A stretch of 64,000 bases of DNA from Azolla caroliniana (lineage: Eukaryota > Plantae > Polypodiophyta), in contig JBHGNT010000016.1 in assembly GCA_043228905.1 (NCBI GenBank), forward strand, positions 17,856,001-17,920,000, written 5' to 3'. The notes under the pieces were generated by a model. The model was not told the origin of the DNA and searched no databases. It saw only the letters and a list, made by a program, of their open reading frames with translations. The position numbers were made by a program, and so were the translations under genes. Positions 10,620 through 22,361 of the stretch are shown here, piece after piece. Every line of letters starts with the position of its first letter. Positions within the stretch are counted from its first letter, which is position 1.

Positions 10620-13600
10620 GGAGAAATTGATGGGGACAGTTCACTGCAATCAACAAAATACGGCGATTACGCCAAGGTGATCGTCTAGCCTCCACATATG
10701 CTGCAGATTTCCACCTACTCACCGTCGATATCCCTTGGGATGATCAAGCATTGATGGAACAATTTTGTTATGGTTTACGCAACGATGTCAAGGATTTACT
10801 CTTGACCTTCCCCGAAGAACCAAAGTCATTAACAGAAGCAATCAGTCGCGCGGTGAGATGCGACAACCGTCTTTTCGAACGATGTTCAGAACGGCAATTC
10901 CAGATGCCAAGGGCAAGATTAGAGTCCACCTATGCCTCAATGGTAGCGAAACCTTTTCCAAGGGATTCATATAATGCATCTCCAACAAATACTCCGACTC
11001 CAATGGAAATCGACACCACACATCGTTACGGACCACTATCGTTACGGGCAAATCGACTATGTCTGTATTGCGGGGGACCAGGGCATATTGCAGTGAACTG
11101 TCCCCATCAACCAAAAAAGCAAGTAAATCAAAGAACCGCTAGTACTAATAGTACTAAACCCGAGTCTATTTCTCTAGGTGTGTCTGATAGTCCTATTAGC
11201 CCGAGCCTTTCAAACAAATTTGAAATCCTTAGTCCACTAGAAGAAGAGTTAAACGATTAAGTCCAGCCAAAATAGGAGTCGTTTGGTTGGACAACCCTAG
11301 ATTTGTGCAGCCCATTAGTGGTTCCATTTCTTCTAAGCAAGTTAGCAATGTGTTCTTAGCTCAAGTAATGGTTAATACTAAAAGTACTCCTCCAATACAT
11401 GTCTTAGCACTCTTAGATTCCGGAGTCAACTCTTGCTTCATGGATTGGAATTTTGCCCAAGCTCATCAGATATCCCTAAGAAAACTCTCGTGTCCAACCT
11501 ATGTAGTAGTCATTGATGGTCGTCCCATCGCTTCTGGAAATATCATAGAAGAGTCAGAGCCCGTTAATATTGTCCTAGATAACTTTGTGTGTGTAATATC
11601 ATTTAATATAATTAGTATCCTAGAACATCCCATTGTTTTGGGATTACCATGGTTTGAATTACATAACCCAACCATATATTGGAGAACAAGAGAAATCCGG
11701 TGTCAACAAACCCAAGGATGTACTAATAAGATTGCAACCATTTCGCTACATCAATTGCGTGAGGAAGGACGCAAGGAAGAAATGTTTCTCTTCGCAATAT
11801 CAGTAAAACCCTCAAGCACCACTAAAGAGGTGTCCACCATTCAACTTCCAGAGAAGTATCTTCATTATGCTGATGTGTTCGATAAAGTACAAGCCAGTAA
11901 GCTTCCTCACCATCGACCGTATGATTGCCCCATCGATTTACAACCGGGAAAAGAGCCACCATGGGGACCAATCTACAATTTGTCACCAACCGAGTTGGAA
12001 GTCCTTCAAGTCTATATAGAGGAGAATTTGGCAAATGGTTTCATTCGGTATTCGAAATCTCCAGCCGGCGCACCCATTTTCTTCGTCAAGAAAAAAGATG
12101 GATCACTTCGTCTCGTTGTGGATTACTGTGGCTTGAATAAGGTCACAATCAGGAATAGGTATGCACTTCCCCTTATCTCAAGTCTTTTAGAACGGATCAA
12201 TGGTGCAAGGTTCTTCACGAAGATCGACTTATGGGGAGCATATAACCTCGTAAGGATCTGACCAGGAGATGAATGGAAGACCGCGTTTCGCACCAGATAT
12301 GGGCACTTCGAGTATATGGTCATGTCATTCGCCCTCACTAATGTGCCAGCGGTCTTCCAGCACATTACAAATGATATATTTTGAGATCTCTTGGATGTTT
12401 GTTTGATCATCTATTTCGATGATCTACTGGTCTATTCGAAGACCCAAGAAGAGCATGATTTTGATGTACTACTAGTACTAAAACAACTTCGAGAACATGG
12501 CCTTTATGCAAAGTTGGAAAAATGTAGTTTCGGGTGCAGTCTTCCAGCACATGGCAAATGATATATTCTGAGATCTCTTGGATGTTTGTTTGATCATCTA
12601 TTTCGATGATCTACTGGTCTATTCGAAGACCCAAGAAGAGCATGATTCTGATGTACTGTTAGTACTAAAACGACTTCGAGAACATGGTCTTTATGCAAAA
12701 CTGGAAAAATGTAGTTTTGTGTGCAACCAGGTGGAATTTCTAGGCTATGTCATCTCCGTGAAAGGCATCTCCATGGATCCAGCTAAGGTCAAAACGGTGG
12801 TAGAGTGGCAAACTCCGCATTCGTTGCGAGATGTGCAATGCTTTTTAGGCATTGCCAATTTTTACCGCAAGTTTATAAAGGATTACTCAAAGCTTATTTT
12901 GCCTCTTACACAACTTACTAAGAAGGGACAATTGTTCGTTTGGTCTGAGGAAGCAGACATGGCTTTTGAGAATCTTAAGAAGTCATTTACATCGTCTCCT
13001 ATTCTAGCTCACGTTGATCCAGAAAAACCATTCATCATTGAAGCTGACGCATCGGATTTCGTATTGGCTAGCATTCTGTCACAACAAGCTAATGATGAAA
13101 AGCTACATCCTATGGCTTTCCACTCACGCAAGTTTGACGCCGCACCGAAATCAACTATGAAATTCATGATAAGGAGCTATTAGCAATAGTGGACTCTTTT
13201 ACGCAATGGAGGCATTTTTTAGAGGGATCTTTTCATCAAGTCACTGTATTCAGTGATCACAAAAACCTTCCCTACTTTCAGAATACTCGTGTGTTAAATC
13301 GACGTCAAGCTCGGTGAGCTCAATTCCTCACTCTTTTCAACGTCAAAATCACATATCGTCCGGGAAAGCAACAAGGGAAGGCGGATGCATTATCACGGCG
13401 CTCGTATCTAGCACCGCATCCCGGCGAGTCGGCTTTCAATAACCAAAAGCAAGTAATCCTAGGACCGACACGACTGCAAGCAACACAGGTCTTTGGTATG
13501 CCCTTAGATTCCCACGTTATCGATACCATACGTGAGGACTTGAAGACAGATGCTTTCGCCCAAGATATTCTAGCACAAATTGATCCCTCTCGAGCATCTT

Positions 13601-14758
13601 GTTCACAGTTGCAACAACCAGGTATGGACTATCGACAATTCGAATGTCATGATGGATTACTATTCTTTAAGAAACTCTTATATGTTCCTAATGGTACTTG
13701 TCGCCTTCAAGTAGTCCAAAACCGTCATGACACATATACAACTGAGCATTTTGGTAGTACTAAAACATTAGATTTAGTACAACGATCATTCTAGTGGCCC
13801 CATATGCGACAGTTTGTCGAAGATTTTGTTTGAACTTGTGATACATGTTGCAAAGCAAAAATGCCAAGGCATCATCCATATTGTTTATTAGAATCATTAC
13901 CAATTCCAAGCAAGCCATGGCAATCCATTGCTCTAGATTTCATCATAGATCTTACGGTCTCAAAGGGATTCGATGCGATCTTAACAGTAGTAGATCGATA
14001 TACGAAAATGGCCCATTTCCTGCCATGTACTAAGAAAATCTCCCGTGAAGAAACCGCCAAAACTGTCATGCATGAAGTATGCTGGCATCATGGCCTTCCC
14101 GATAGTATCATCAGTGACCGTGGACCCCAGTTCGTCTCGAAGTTCTAGAATCACCTCTTTAAAATGCTTAAGGTCACTTGTAACCTCTCCTCTGGTGACT
14201 ACCCGCAAACAGACGGCCAAGCAGAACGAACAACTCAAACGCTGGAGCAGTATCTTCGGTGTTTTCTAAGCTATCATCAAGATGACTAAGCGGATATTCT
14301 CCACTTCGCCCAATTTGCGTATAATAACTCTATCCACTCATCGACAAAGGTTACGCCATTTTATGCTTATATGGGTTGTCACCCCCGGTGGTGTGTATTT
14401 GAAACTCCAGAGTTACCCACAAATCCTTGCGCAAAGGATCGTTTTGAGCGGTTATGCAAGATACAAGCAGAAATATGTATTCATCTAAAACAAGCTCAAC
14501 AAACACACAAGGTTTACATAGATCGTCGTCGGCTTCCATCTAGTTTTAACATTGGCAACCGAGTATGGCTACTATGACGACATGCGAGAAGTTGGATTAT
14601 CAGCGATTAGGTCCTTTCCGTATTAACAGAAAAATTAATGATGTCGCTTTTCATCTCGATCTACCTCCACAACTTCGGATACATCCGATGTTTCATAGTT
14701 CTCTCCTAGAACCCTATCAAGACAGCACCATCCCATATCGTATTAAACAACATCCCAG
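10620..14758 (+). pseudogene. gag-pol of Tcn1-like copy B (disrupted; ~187-bp tandem duplication in RT at 12352-12725)
   Basis: ORF track 10751-11260, 11287-12261, 12578-13183, 13498-13794, 13861-14148 and 14371-14789 in PR-RT-RH-IN order. Confidence 0.88.
11248..11299 (+). promoter_or_regulatory. Putative -1 programmed ribosomal frameshift signal at the gag/pol junction
   Basis: G_TTA_AAC heptamer, 6-nt spacer, 11-bp stem GTCCAGCCAAA/TTTGGTTGGAC. Pol lies in the -1 frame and is open from 11233. The signal is conserved in copy A (~4735-4787, minus). Confidence 0.7.
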
Positions 14759-15176
14759 TGTCATGATATGGCAATACTCGAACCCATAACCTTATATTAC
14801 ATAGGGCAAGCTCTTACCATTAGGCTATGTATTGTAATACAAAGGATATAATTTTCATTTAAGTTTTACTATAGAAAATTGATGTATAGTCCAGATTTCT
14901 TTGGAACATTCTAGAAACTTCAGGAGTACTCCTGAGAACACTATAAAATGAGGCACACGGCATTATTTTGAACCAAATCGGTTCAACACCAATCTTAAGC
15001 CTCTTAGCCGTCCTTGCATATTCTTCTCACATAAGATATCACTATCATCATCATTTTCTCTCTCTCGATCTCTCTCTCTCTCCTTCTCTCAAGTGTTCTA
15101 CACCCTCTATTCCTCTTAGTACTAATATTCCTATCTTAGTACTAATTCATTCTCTGTCTCGGTATTATTCCTGACA

Positions 15177-15351
15177 TGCATCTAATCAACAATGACTTCT
15201 GCATATTAATATGTAAACCTGATGTTAAGGCAAATAGCTTCCACACCTCCATAGCTTTGGCTATGCTACTAAAATGCGCCTTAAGAAACAAAAAAGAATC
15301 ATCAGTCAATGCTTGAGCTATTAGTTGTTTCCCTGAGTGTAAAACAAATCT

Positions 15352-15352
<1 letters not shown>
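15177..15352 (-). mobile_element. L1 LINE reverse-transcriptase fragment
   Basis: LIAQALTDDSFLFL...FALTSGLHINMQKS, paralogous to 17120-17280. Confidence 0.7.
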
Positions 15353-15388
<36 letters not shown>

Positions 15389-15391
<3 letters not shown>

Positions 15392-18300
15392 AAAATCACA
15401 CAATTATATTAATTGCATGTAAAAAAACCCCCTATTACAACTTGTTAGTCATCTTTACATACATAGAGAGATACATATTCATAACATTACCATGAATATG
15501 TCTGTCAACATCCCCTAACCTTTCTTAGAAGACCAAATGATGAATGTGATGTCCAACTAACTTACATACTTGTTTCTCTTCATGATTAAATATGCTTGAC
15601 ATTTCCAACAATGAAAATTGCCATAAAAGGAACCCTTTCAATCTCAACACATAACGGTGTACTCCCCTTTGTTCATCAAATATAAAAGCATTTCGCATAT
15701 GCCAAATAAACCAAAGCCCATAATACCTCAAATAATCCAAAATAATCTGAAAAGAAGGTGAAAGACATCCTAATTCCACTTGTGCAAAAGCTCATTTGAA
15801 AGGAGAAGGAATCACTCATGTCAAGGACATCCATATTGCATTAATAAATTTCCAAACCATCTTTGTAACAGGACATGAAATAAATCGATGTCGACTGTGC
15901 TCTACTTCCACCGTACAAAAGAAACAGAAACCATTAGCAATTTTCCTTTTGCATAAAGCATCACCCAATGGTAATCCACCAACCATAACCCTCCAAATAA
16001 ACACCTTCGCTCTAAATGACAAATGTGAACACCAACTCTTCTGAAGTACATTCTTCCACCAAATTGTTGGCCTATGAAAAGACCATACCTTAATTACCCT
16101 ATTTTCTAACCACATGTTTCCCAATAATTGTATGATAAACCTCATTCGTTGAAACCATACTTAAGTTGTTCCCCCCCACAAATGTCCAATCAAGATATAG
16201 AGAATCTTCATTCAAATGTGGCACATGCCCTTGCAACACTGATAATCCTTGTAATGTATCCCAAATGTGCCGATAATTGCATGGAATTCCAAATGTTGAC
16301 CTAGCAGTACGAAAAGCCATCAACCTTCTTTGAGAAGTCAAAATTGCATCTTTTACTAATACCAATCCTAATCGAGCCATTCGATTAAATTGATGTTGCA
16401 AGGATTGTTTACTCTCCCAATCCAACAACCTTGATGTTGCCAAAATCTCTAGTTCTAGAGAATTTGCATGCTCTCTATGTGATGGGGGATCCCACTTGAC
16501 AAATTCTAACACATTCTGCTAAGATGATAATAATTGATCAACAACCCAAGACATTGAACACTTCACTTGCCTTTTGGAATTAACTACATTCCACCTATGT
16601 GTTTCTACTCTTACTTTACCAGACTTGATGCCAATTCTCTCAATAAAGAAAATCACCATTTCGACCCATGGTTGTGTGTTTGCAAACATAGAAATGAGTA
16701 ATGAAAACCTTCGAGCTACCATATGCTCATATACATTCAATAACGTTGCTCCCCCAAGCCTTTTTGGAGTACAAATATGATCCCATGCCAACCAAGAAAT
16801 GCCATGTTTTGCTTTTTTCTCCCATAATAATGAACAAATGGATTGGGTTTAACCTTTTCAACAGCCTTCTTAGACCATGGCAACAAAGGAAGATAATAAG
16901 AAACCATGGGTATCATAATGGATTGCACAACTTTAACCCTTATATGAAAAGGCCATGACTGAGATCTCCAATAAATGAACTTATTTTCAATCTTTCTCGA
17001 CACCCAATCAACTAGTTTAACATGTGAAACTTCTACTCCAATAGGGTAACCCAAGTGTCAAAAAATTTCCCCAGGATTAACAATCTTTCCTGACCAGCCA
17101 AGCTCCAATATATTTTGCTCCGTACATGAAATAAGAACCGATTTATGCATATTAATCTTTAATCCTGATGCAAGAGAAAACAATTCCCAAACCTTTGTAG
17201 TCTTTGTAACATTATTACATGTAGCTCCCAAAAACATAAAATGATCATCTGCTAGCACTTGAGCAATACACTGTCTACCAGATGGCAATCTTAACCCAAC
17301 CAAATCTCCATCTGCCGTCATATTATGTGGCTTAACAAGTATAGAATGAGTAACAATAGTAAACAAAAGTGGACTAAGGGGGCACCCTTGTTTAACTGAC
17401 CTTCGAACCGAAATAGGTTGTGTTACTCCTCCATTAAGCATGATATGTGACATTGAAGCATCCCCCAATGTATATATCAAATTTGACATACGATCACCAA
17501 ACCCCATTCGATGCATCACTTGACATAAAAAAGACCAATTAACATGATCGTATGCCTTCTCTAGATCCAATTGCAACATCACAATCTCTTGTTTAGTTTC
17601 CATAGCAAAATCTATTGCCATCTGAACATTTAAAATATTATGCAAAATATCTTTGTTGGCCAAAAAACCATATTGAGCATTATGGATAATAGTTGGCAAT
17701 ACTTTATGTAATCTATTAGCCAAAATCTTTGTGAAAATCTCATAGATTCCTCCCATCAAAGATATAGGCCTCCATTGAGCAAAAGACACTGGAGATGGCA
17801 CTTTAGGCAACAATTTTATTAAACCAATCTTCCAAGACTGTGGCATGTGCCCTGTGGACCAAACATTTTGGAATAGAATTGCAAAGGACCTCTTCAACTA
17901 TGTATTATACTTCTTGAAGAATTCATTTGTTAAACCATCCCAACCAGGACTCTTACCATTCACAAGGTGAGAAATCACAGTTTCGACCTCAACCTTTGAT
18001 ATATCCGAATCCAAAACATTAGAAACCTCTATTGATACATGATTGGTAACTTCATTCAAGAACACCTCTCGAGCATAATTAACAGTGTCATCAACATGAT
18101 TTTCTACATCTAACAATTGCTTATAATAATCCACACATTTTTTCACAATCATATGAGGATCCATAATCATCCTCCCATTTTCCTGTAATCGCACCACATT
18201 ATACCTCGCATGTGATTCATGAAGGGCATGAAAGAATTTGTGTGATTGACAATTACAGTCATCCACTTCTTGTCTCAACTTATGTATTCTAACTTGTTGA

Positions 18301-20890
18301 TAACTCTTAACTTTCATATCACATAACGAGATTGATAATATTTTGTGAATATCCAATAATTGCTCATCCATTGGCCAAAAACTTAGTAATGCATTACATC
18401 GTCCCAACAATGTAGCCAAAGCCTTTATTTTTCTTCGTCTCTTAAAGGCATTATACATTCCATAAAATCTAGATAGCTTTTGCACATTTACAACAAATAC
18501 ATCCCAAGCCTCGAACCCAACATCTTGAACATGTAAATTGAATTTCTCAATCAATTGACACGTGTAATCATGAAATACTTCATGGTCTAAAAAAGATGAA
18601 TTAAACCGAAGAGGAGGCTGTCTTAAGAAATATTTAAATTGATCAACTAATTAATGCGCAAACTCAAACACTAATGGAAAATGATCTGAAAGAACCAAAT
18701 CATATGAAATGGAAATATCCAAAATCTCTGGCAAGAAAGAATTAGTATGCATAATATACATACAATCTAACATGCTCCAAGTAGATGTGTATTGTGTTGA
18801 TCGAAAAGTATAACCTGGCTCATCACCATGAATCCAAGGCCACACATCACAATGTATAACATCCATTTCTAATTTCTCCCAAGATTGAGTTTCAGATCTT
18901 TTCATTATAGAATGCATAGAAGTTGATTGTGCTTCCTCACAACAAACATTAAAATCCCCCATCAATATTTCTGCTTGACCTTGCTTAAGAAGCGAAGCCA
19001 AATTTTGCCACAATAACTTTCGTTTTTGAGATAGATTTGAAGCATATACACCAACCAACCACAAAATTTGGCCTTCATAAGAGATTTGTACAACTAAAAA
19101 TCGACCAAAATCATCACTAAAGATAACTTGAGGACAAAACACATTTCTTATAAACATAACAACTCCTGAATAATCACCTTTCACTTTTCCTGAATAACAT
19201 AGCATATAACCCTTAGTGTTAACCACCAAACCTGCATTTTTATGTTCTTTATGCTCCATGGCACATAAAACATCCCACTGATTGTGTAACAAAGCACTCC
19301 ACACCTCATGCATCTTAAATCAGGAACAAATCCCTCTTACATTCCATGTTGTCACCTTCATATTTTAGCCTTTCCTTTAGATGAGGGAACCTATTTCTCC
19401 CTCTTAGTCAATGTATCTGCTAAATCTTGAAAAAAATCTCCTAAGATTGCAAACGAATTTTGATGGGAAGGGAATCCTGACCCACTTGATCTATTCCCTT
19501 TGTTACGTTGTACTTGAGTATGCTTATTCCAAGGGTTATGCAAATTCCCTTTACTATCAAATGATAATTTTTTAGGAAAATCAACTTGCTGACCCGAATT
19601 TTTACTACGCCCAAAAGAGCCTTGTTGTAATGGAAACTTCATACCCTCATTGGATTTATTCCCAGCGCCCTTTCCAAACCTATTCATTCTTCCAGAAACT
19701 ACCGACCATGGACCCTCCCTATCTGACGAATTTGACCCTTTCTCAATCACAACTCCTCGTTCCTCAATATTCTCACAAATAGTCAAATCAGGATCCTTAT
19801 CGTGTTGTACTTTTTCTTGAATATCCTCCACCACCTCATGATTCTCTAAAGTTTTACCAGTATGAGGACACTCTGCCATAAAATGTCCTAATTCTCCACA
19901 ATGGAAACAATGGCCTACAAATGTACCCCATTTAAGTTTGAAATACATTGGTGGCATACCAATACAATCTATTTGTAGACAACCTGGTCTTTTTATAGCA
20001 GTATTCCAAAGAATACACATTCGATATCGATTCATTGCATTAGCATTAGGAGGAACCAAAATTTTCCCCAATTTCTCTATTGTTGAATGCAAAAGTGGCC
20101 ACATAGTGGAATGCTTACATTCGACCTCCACCCATATCGGACAATCTTGTTTCAATAGATCTAAGTACTCAGTCAATGGTCTCCAAGGAACAACATGAAC
20201 CAAACTGCCACCATAGAAAATTGGCAACCTGGCAAGTAATGTTTCTTTATTCTCACTTGAATTTAAGACCACCTCATAGAAACCACGAGGGCCAACATAC
20301 ACATCCTCTACACCGTTTGCATGCAAGACACCACGTAGCCATTGTTTGACCCAATGAAGGGCAGGTATTTTGCCAATAAAGAAAAGTATCACTCCTCTAT
20401 CATAAAATGTTGAAAAGATGACAAATACGCTTTTGTATCCACCTCAACCTTAAAAATATCTTCCGCATCAAACTCTGAAGCAATTTTAGCGTTTTCTTTC
20501 ATGCAATCCTCTATCAAAGCATTAGCCATGCATCTCAAATATTCCCAATGTGCATCATCTTTAAAGTTAACATCACTATGCATAGCATCAGCATCTGACA
20601 TGTTAACCTCGTCTTCCACACGTTTGGGTCTTTTCATTGCATTGCTTACATCTTTATCAGTAATCTGCGGAACCATTGATGTTGACGTCCCTTGTATATC
20701 CATTGACATTGACATACTTGTATCGAAAGTAGGCAATAATAAAGACATACCAGGATTTATATTGTTTGTCATAGCCATTGCGTATAGACCACCATAGAAT
20801 CAGGTCAATCTTGATAGGAAGCCCCCCAGAAGAGGATGAACTCTATCTCGACCGGCAGCCCTCAAAGCCCGCGACAATAATTTGAACATT
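15389..20890 (-). mobile_element. Near full-length L1-clade LINE (degenerate)
   Basis: ORF1 (20778-19391, frameshifted) with knuckle CFHCGELGHFMAEC. ORF2 from ATG 19361: MKVTTWNVRG...GDFN...SDHFP endonuclease; RT KSPGWDG, WRPISL, DLEKAYD, QGCPLSP, LADD; C-terminal CFFC...HRFISC; ends near 15525. Confidence 0.9.
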
Positions 20891-21038
20891 GTGTCACACT
20901 CCGTACTCTGTTCGCAACGTGCTATATCTCTTTGGAAAGGTCTCCGAAAGGGCTTTCCAACAATTATTTGCACGTGTGATTCTGATATATAGAACAAAAG
21001 ATATGAACAAAACAATCAACTACACTCCCTCATAACTC

Positions 21039-21092
<54 letters not shown>

Positions 21093-21096
<4 letters not shown>

Positions 21097-21597
21097 GGAA
21101 CGGGGACAAATGTGGAGGCTCACACTTAACACATTATACTACACATGTTGCACCTAACTACAAAACCATATTCTTTGCGGAACGGGGAAATCGTACACAT
21201 CGATACATGTTAGAGCTCATACCGTTATCTGCCATTTGAACCATTGCTTCCATGCAACTTAGCTCACATGCATTGCGATGTGAAACAGGGCGTTGGGGCA
21301 CAAGTGATGAGAGTGGTTGGCTATGCACACTTTGCCCTAAACAAGTTCGCGAGTCTGAGTATCACACTTTGATACAATGCTCTGCCTTTGATCATATTCG
21401 ACCATGCTTTCCACATCCCTTCGACCAAGCCTAATCCTTGCATGAATTCCTCTCACAACCACAATGTGCACTCTCGATTGCAACATTCATTGGTAAAGTT
21501 CTTGAACATCGAGAGTCACTACTCACTTTCACACGTATCATGTGAAATGTAATATTTTTGGTCTCATAGGTCATATTTGACCTCTGAAGACGATAAT

Positions 21598-21650
<53 letters not shown>
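21093..21650 (+). mobile_element. RTE/RTEX-like LINE 3' fragment flanked by (TC)n
   Basis: QLSSHALRCETGRW...CTLC...ESEYHTLIQC. The 3' end matches that of the 35232-37885 element. (TC)n tracts at 21043-21092 and 21602-21650. Confidence 0.75.
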
Positions 21651-21653
<3 letters not shown>

Positions 21654-22361
21654 GTTGTACACATATAGCGCAACAACACAACTATCCACGTTATGTTTTT
21701 CTTACACACACAACACAATAGTTTTGCCCTAGTTTATTTATACTCATACACAGCATGAGTTATTTACAAAGACAACTATTGTTATAGTTAACTCTGTCAA
21801 CTAATCGACTCCCGTGTCGATTGTCGGTCGGGCCGACTAGTCGACTCCTATGTCGACATTTTCTTTTCAACCAACTAGCCGACTCCTTTGTCGACATCTT
21901 CTTGCATTCAATTGTCGGTTCTCCTCCCATAGGAGGGACATATTCCTAACAATTGTATGGGGATGTTGTCCAAAAAAGAGATATGGTATGTCATCTAGTT
22001 TTGCAACACTTGAGAGGGTTTCCCTTGCACTATCACTATTTATGAAGTAGTAAAGATAGCAAGGGTTGTATTATCATCTTATTTTAATAACAAACATTGA
22101 TTTACAAAGAAAAAAAAAAGAGAAAATGAGGGAAATAGTTATATTATAATAAAACGCCCTGATTATTACAATAGATGGTGGTGGACCTATAAAAGACCTC
22201 CACCAAGGTGGTTTCGTTAATAAACTAACTAGTAATAATATTATTATTATTTTCCATAATATTCTACTTATACATAATGGGTACACATTCAAACTCTCAT
22301 ATCACAAATTTCAGGTTGATAATGATGTGCACGCTTCAAGCTAATGTTGATGCCATGGTGA

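Larger units (their letters stand above)
9972..15176 (+). mobile_element. Tcn1-like Ty3/Gypsy retrotransposon copy B with two diverged LTRs (9972-10405, 14759-15176)
   Basis: Both LTRs TGTCA...TGACA. Gag with CLYCGGPGHIAVNC; protease ALLDSG; RT (YFDDLLVYS); RNase H (IIEADASD); integrase (SIALDFI, SDRGPQF). Many stop codons. Confidence 0.92.

Noticed and set aside
20892-21951. Possible solo LTR (TG...TAACA with CGACTCC/GTCGAC repeats) interrupted by the RTE fragment
   Set aside because: The left boundary is ambiguous and no clean 5-bp TSD was found (CATTG versus ATTGT).
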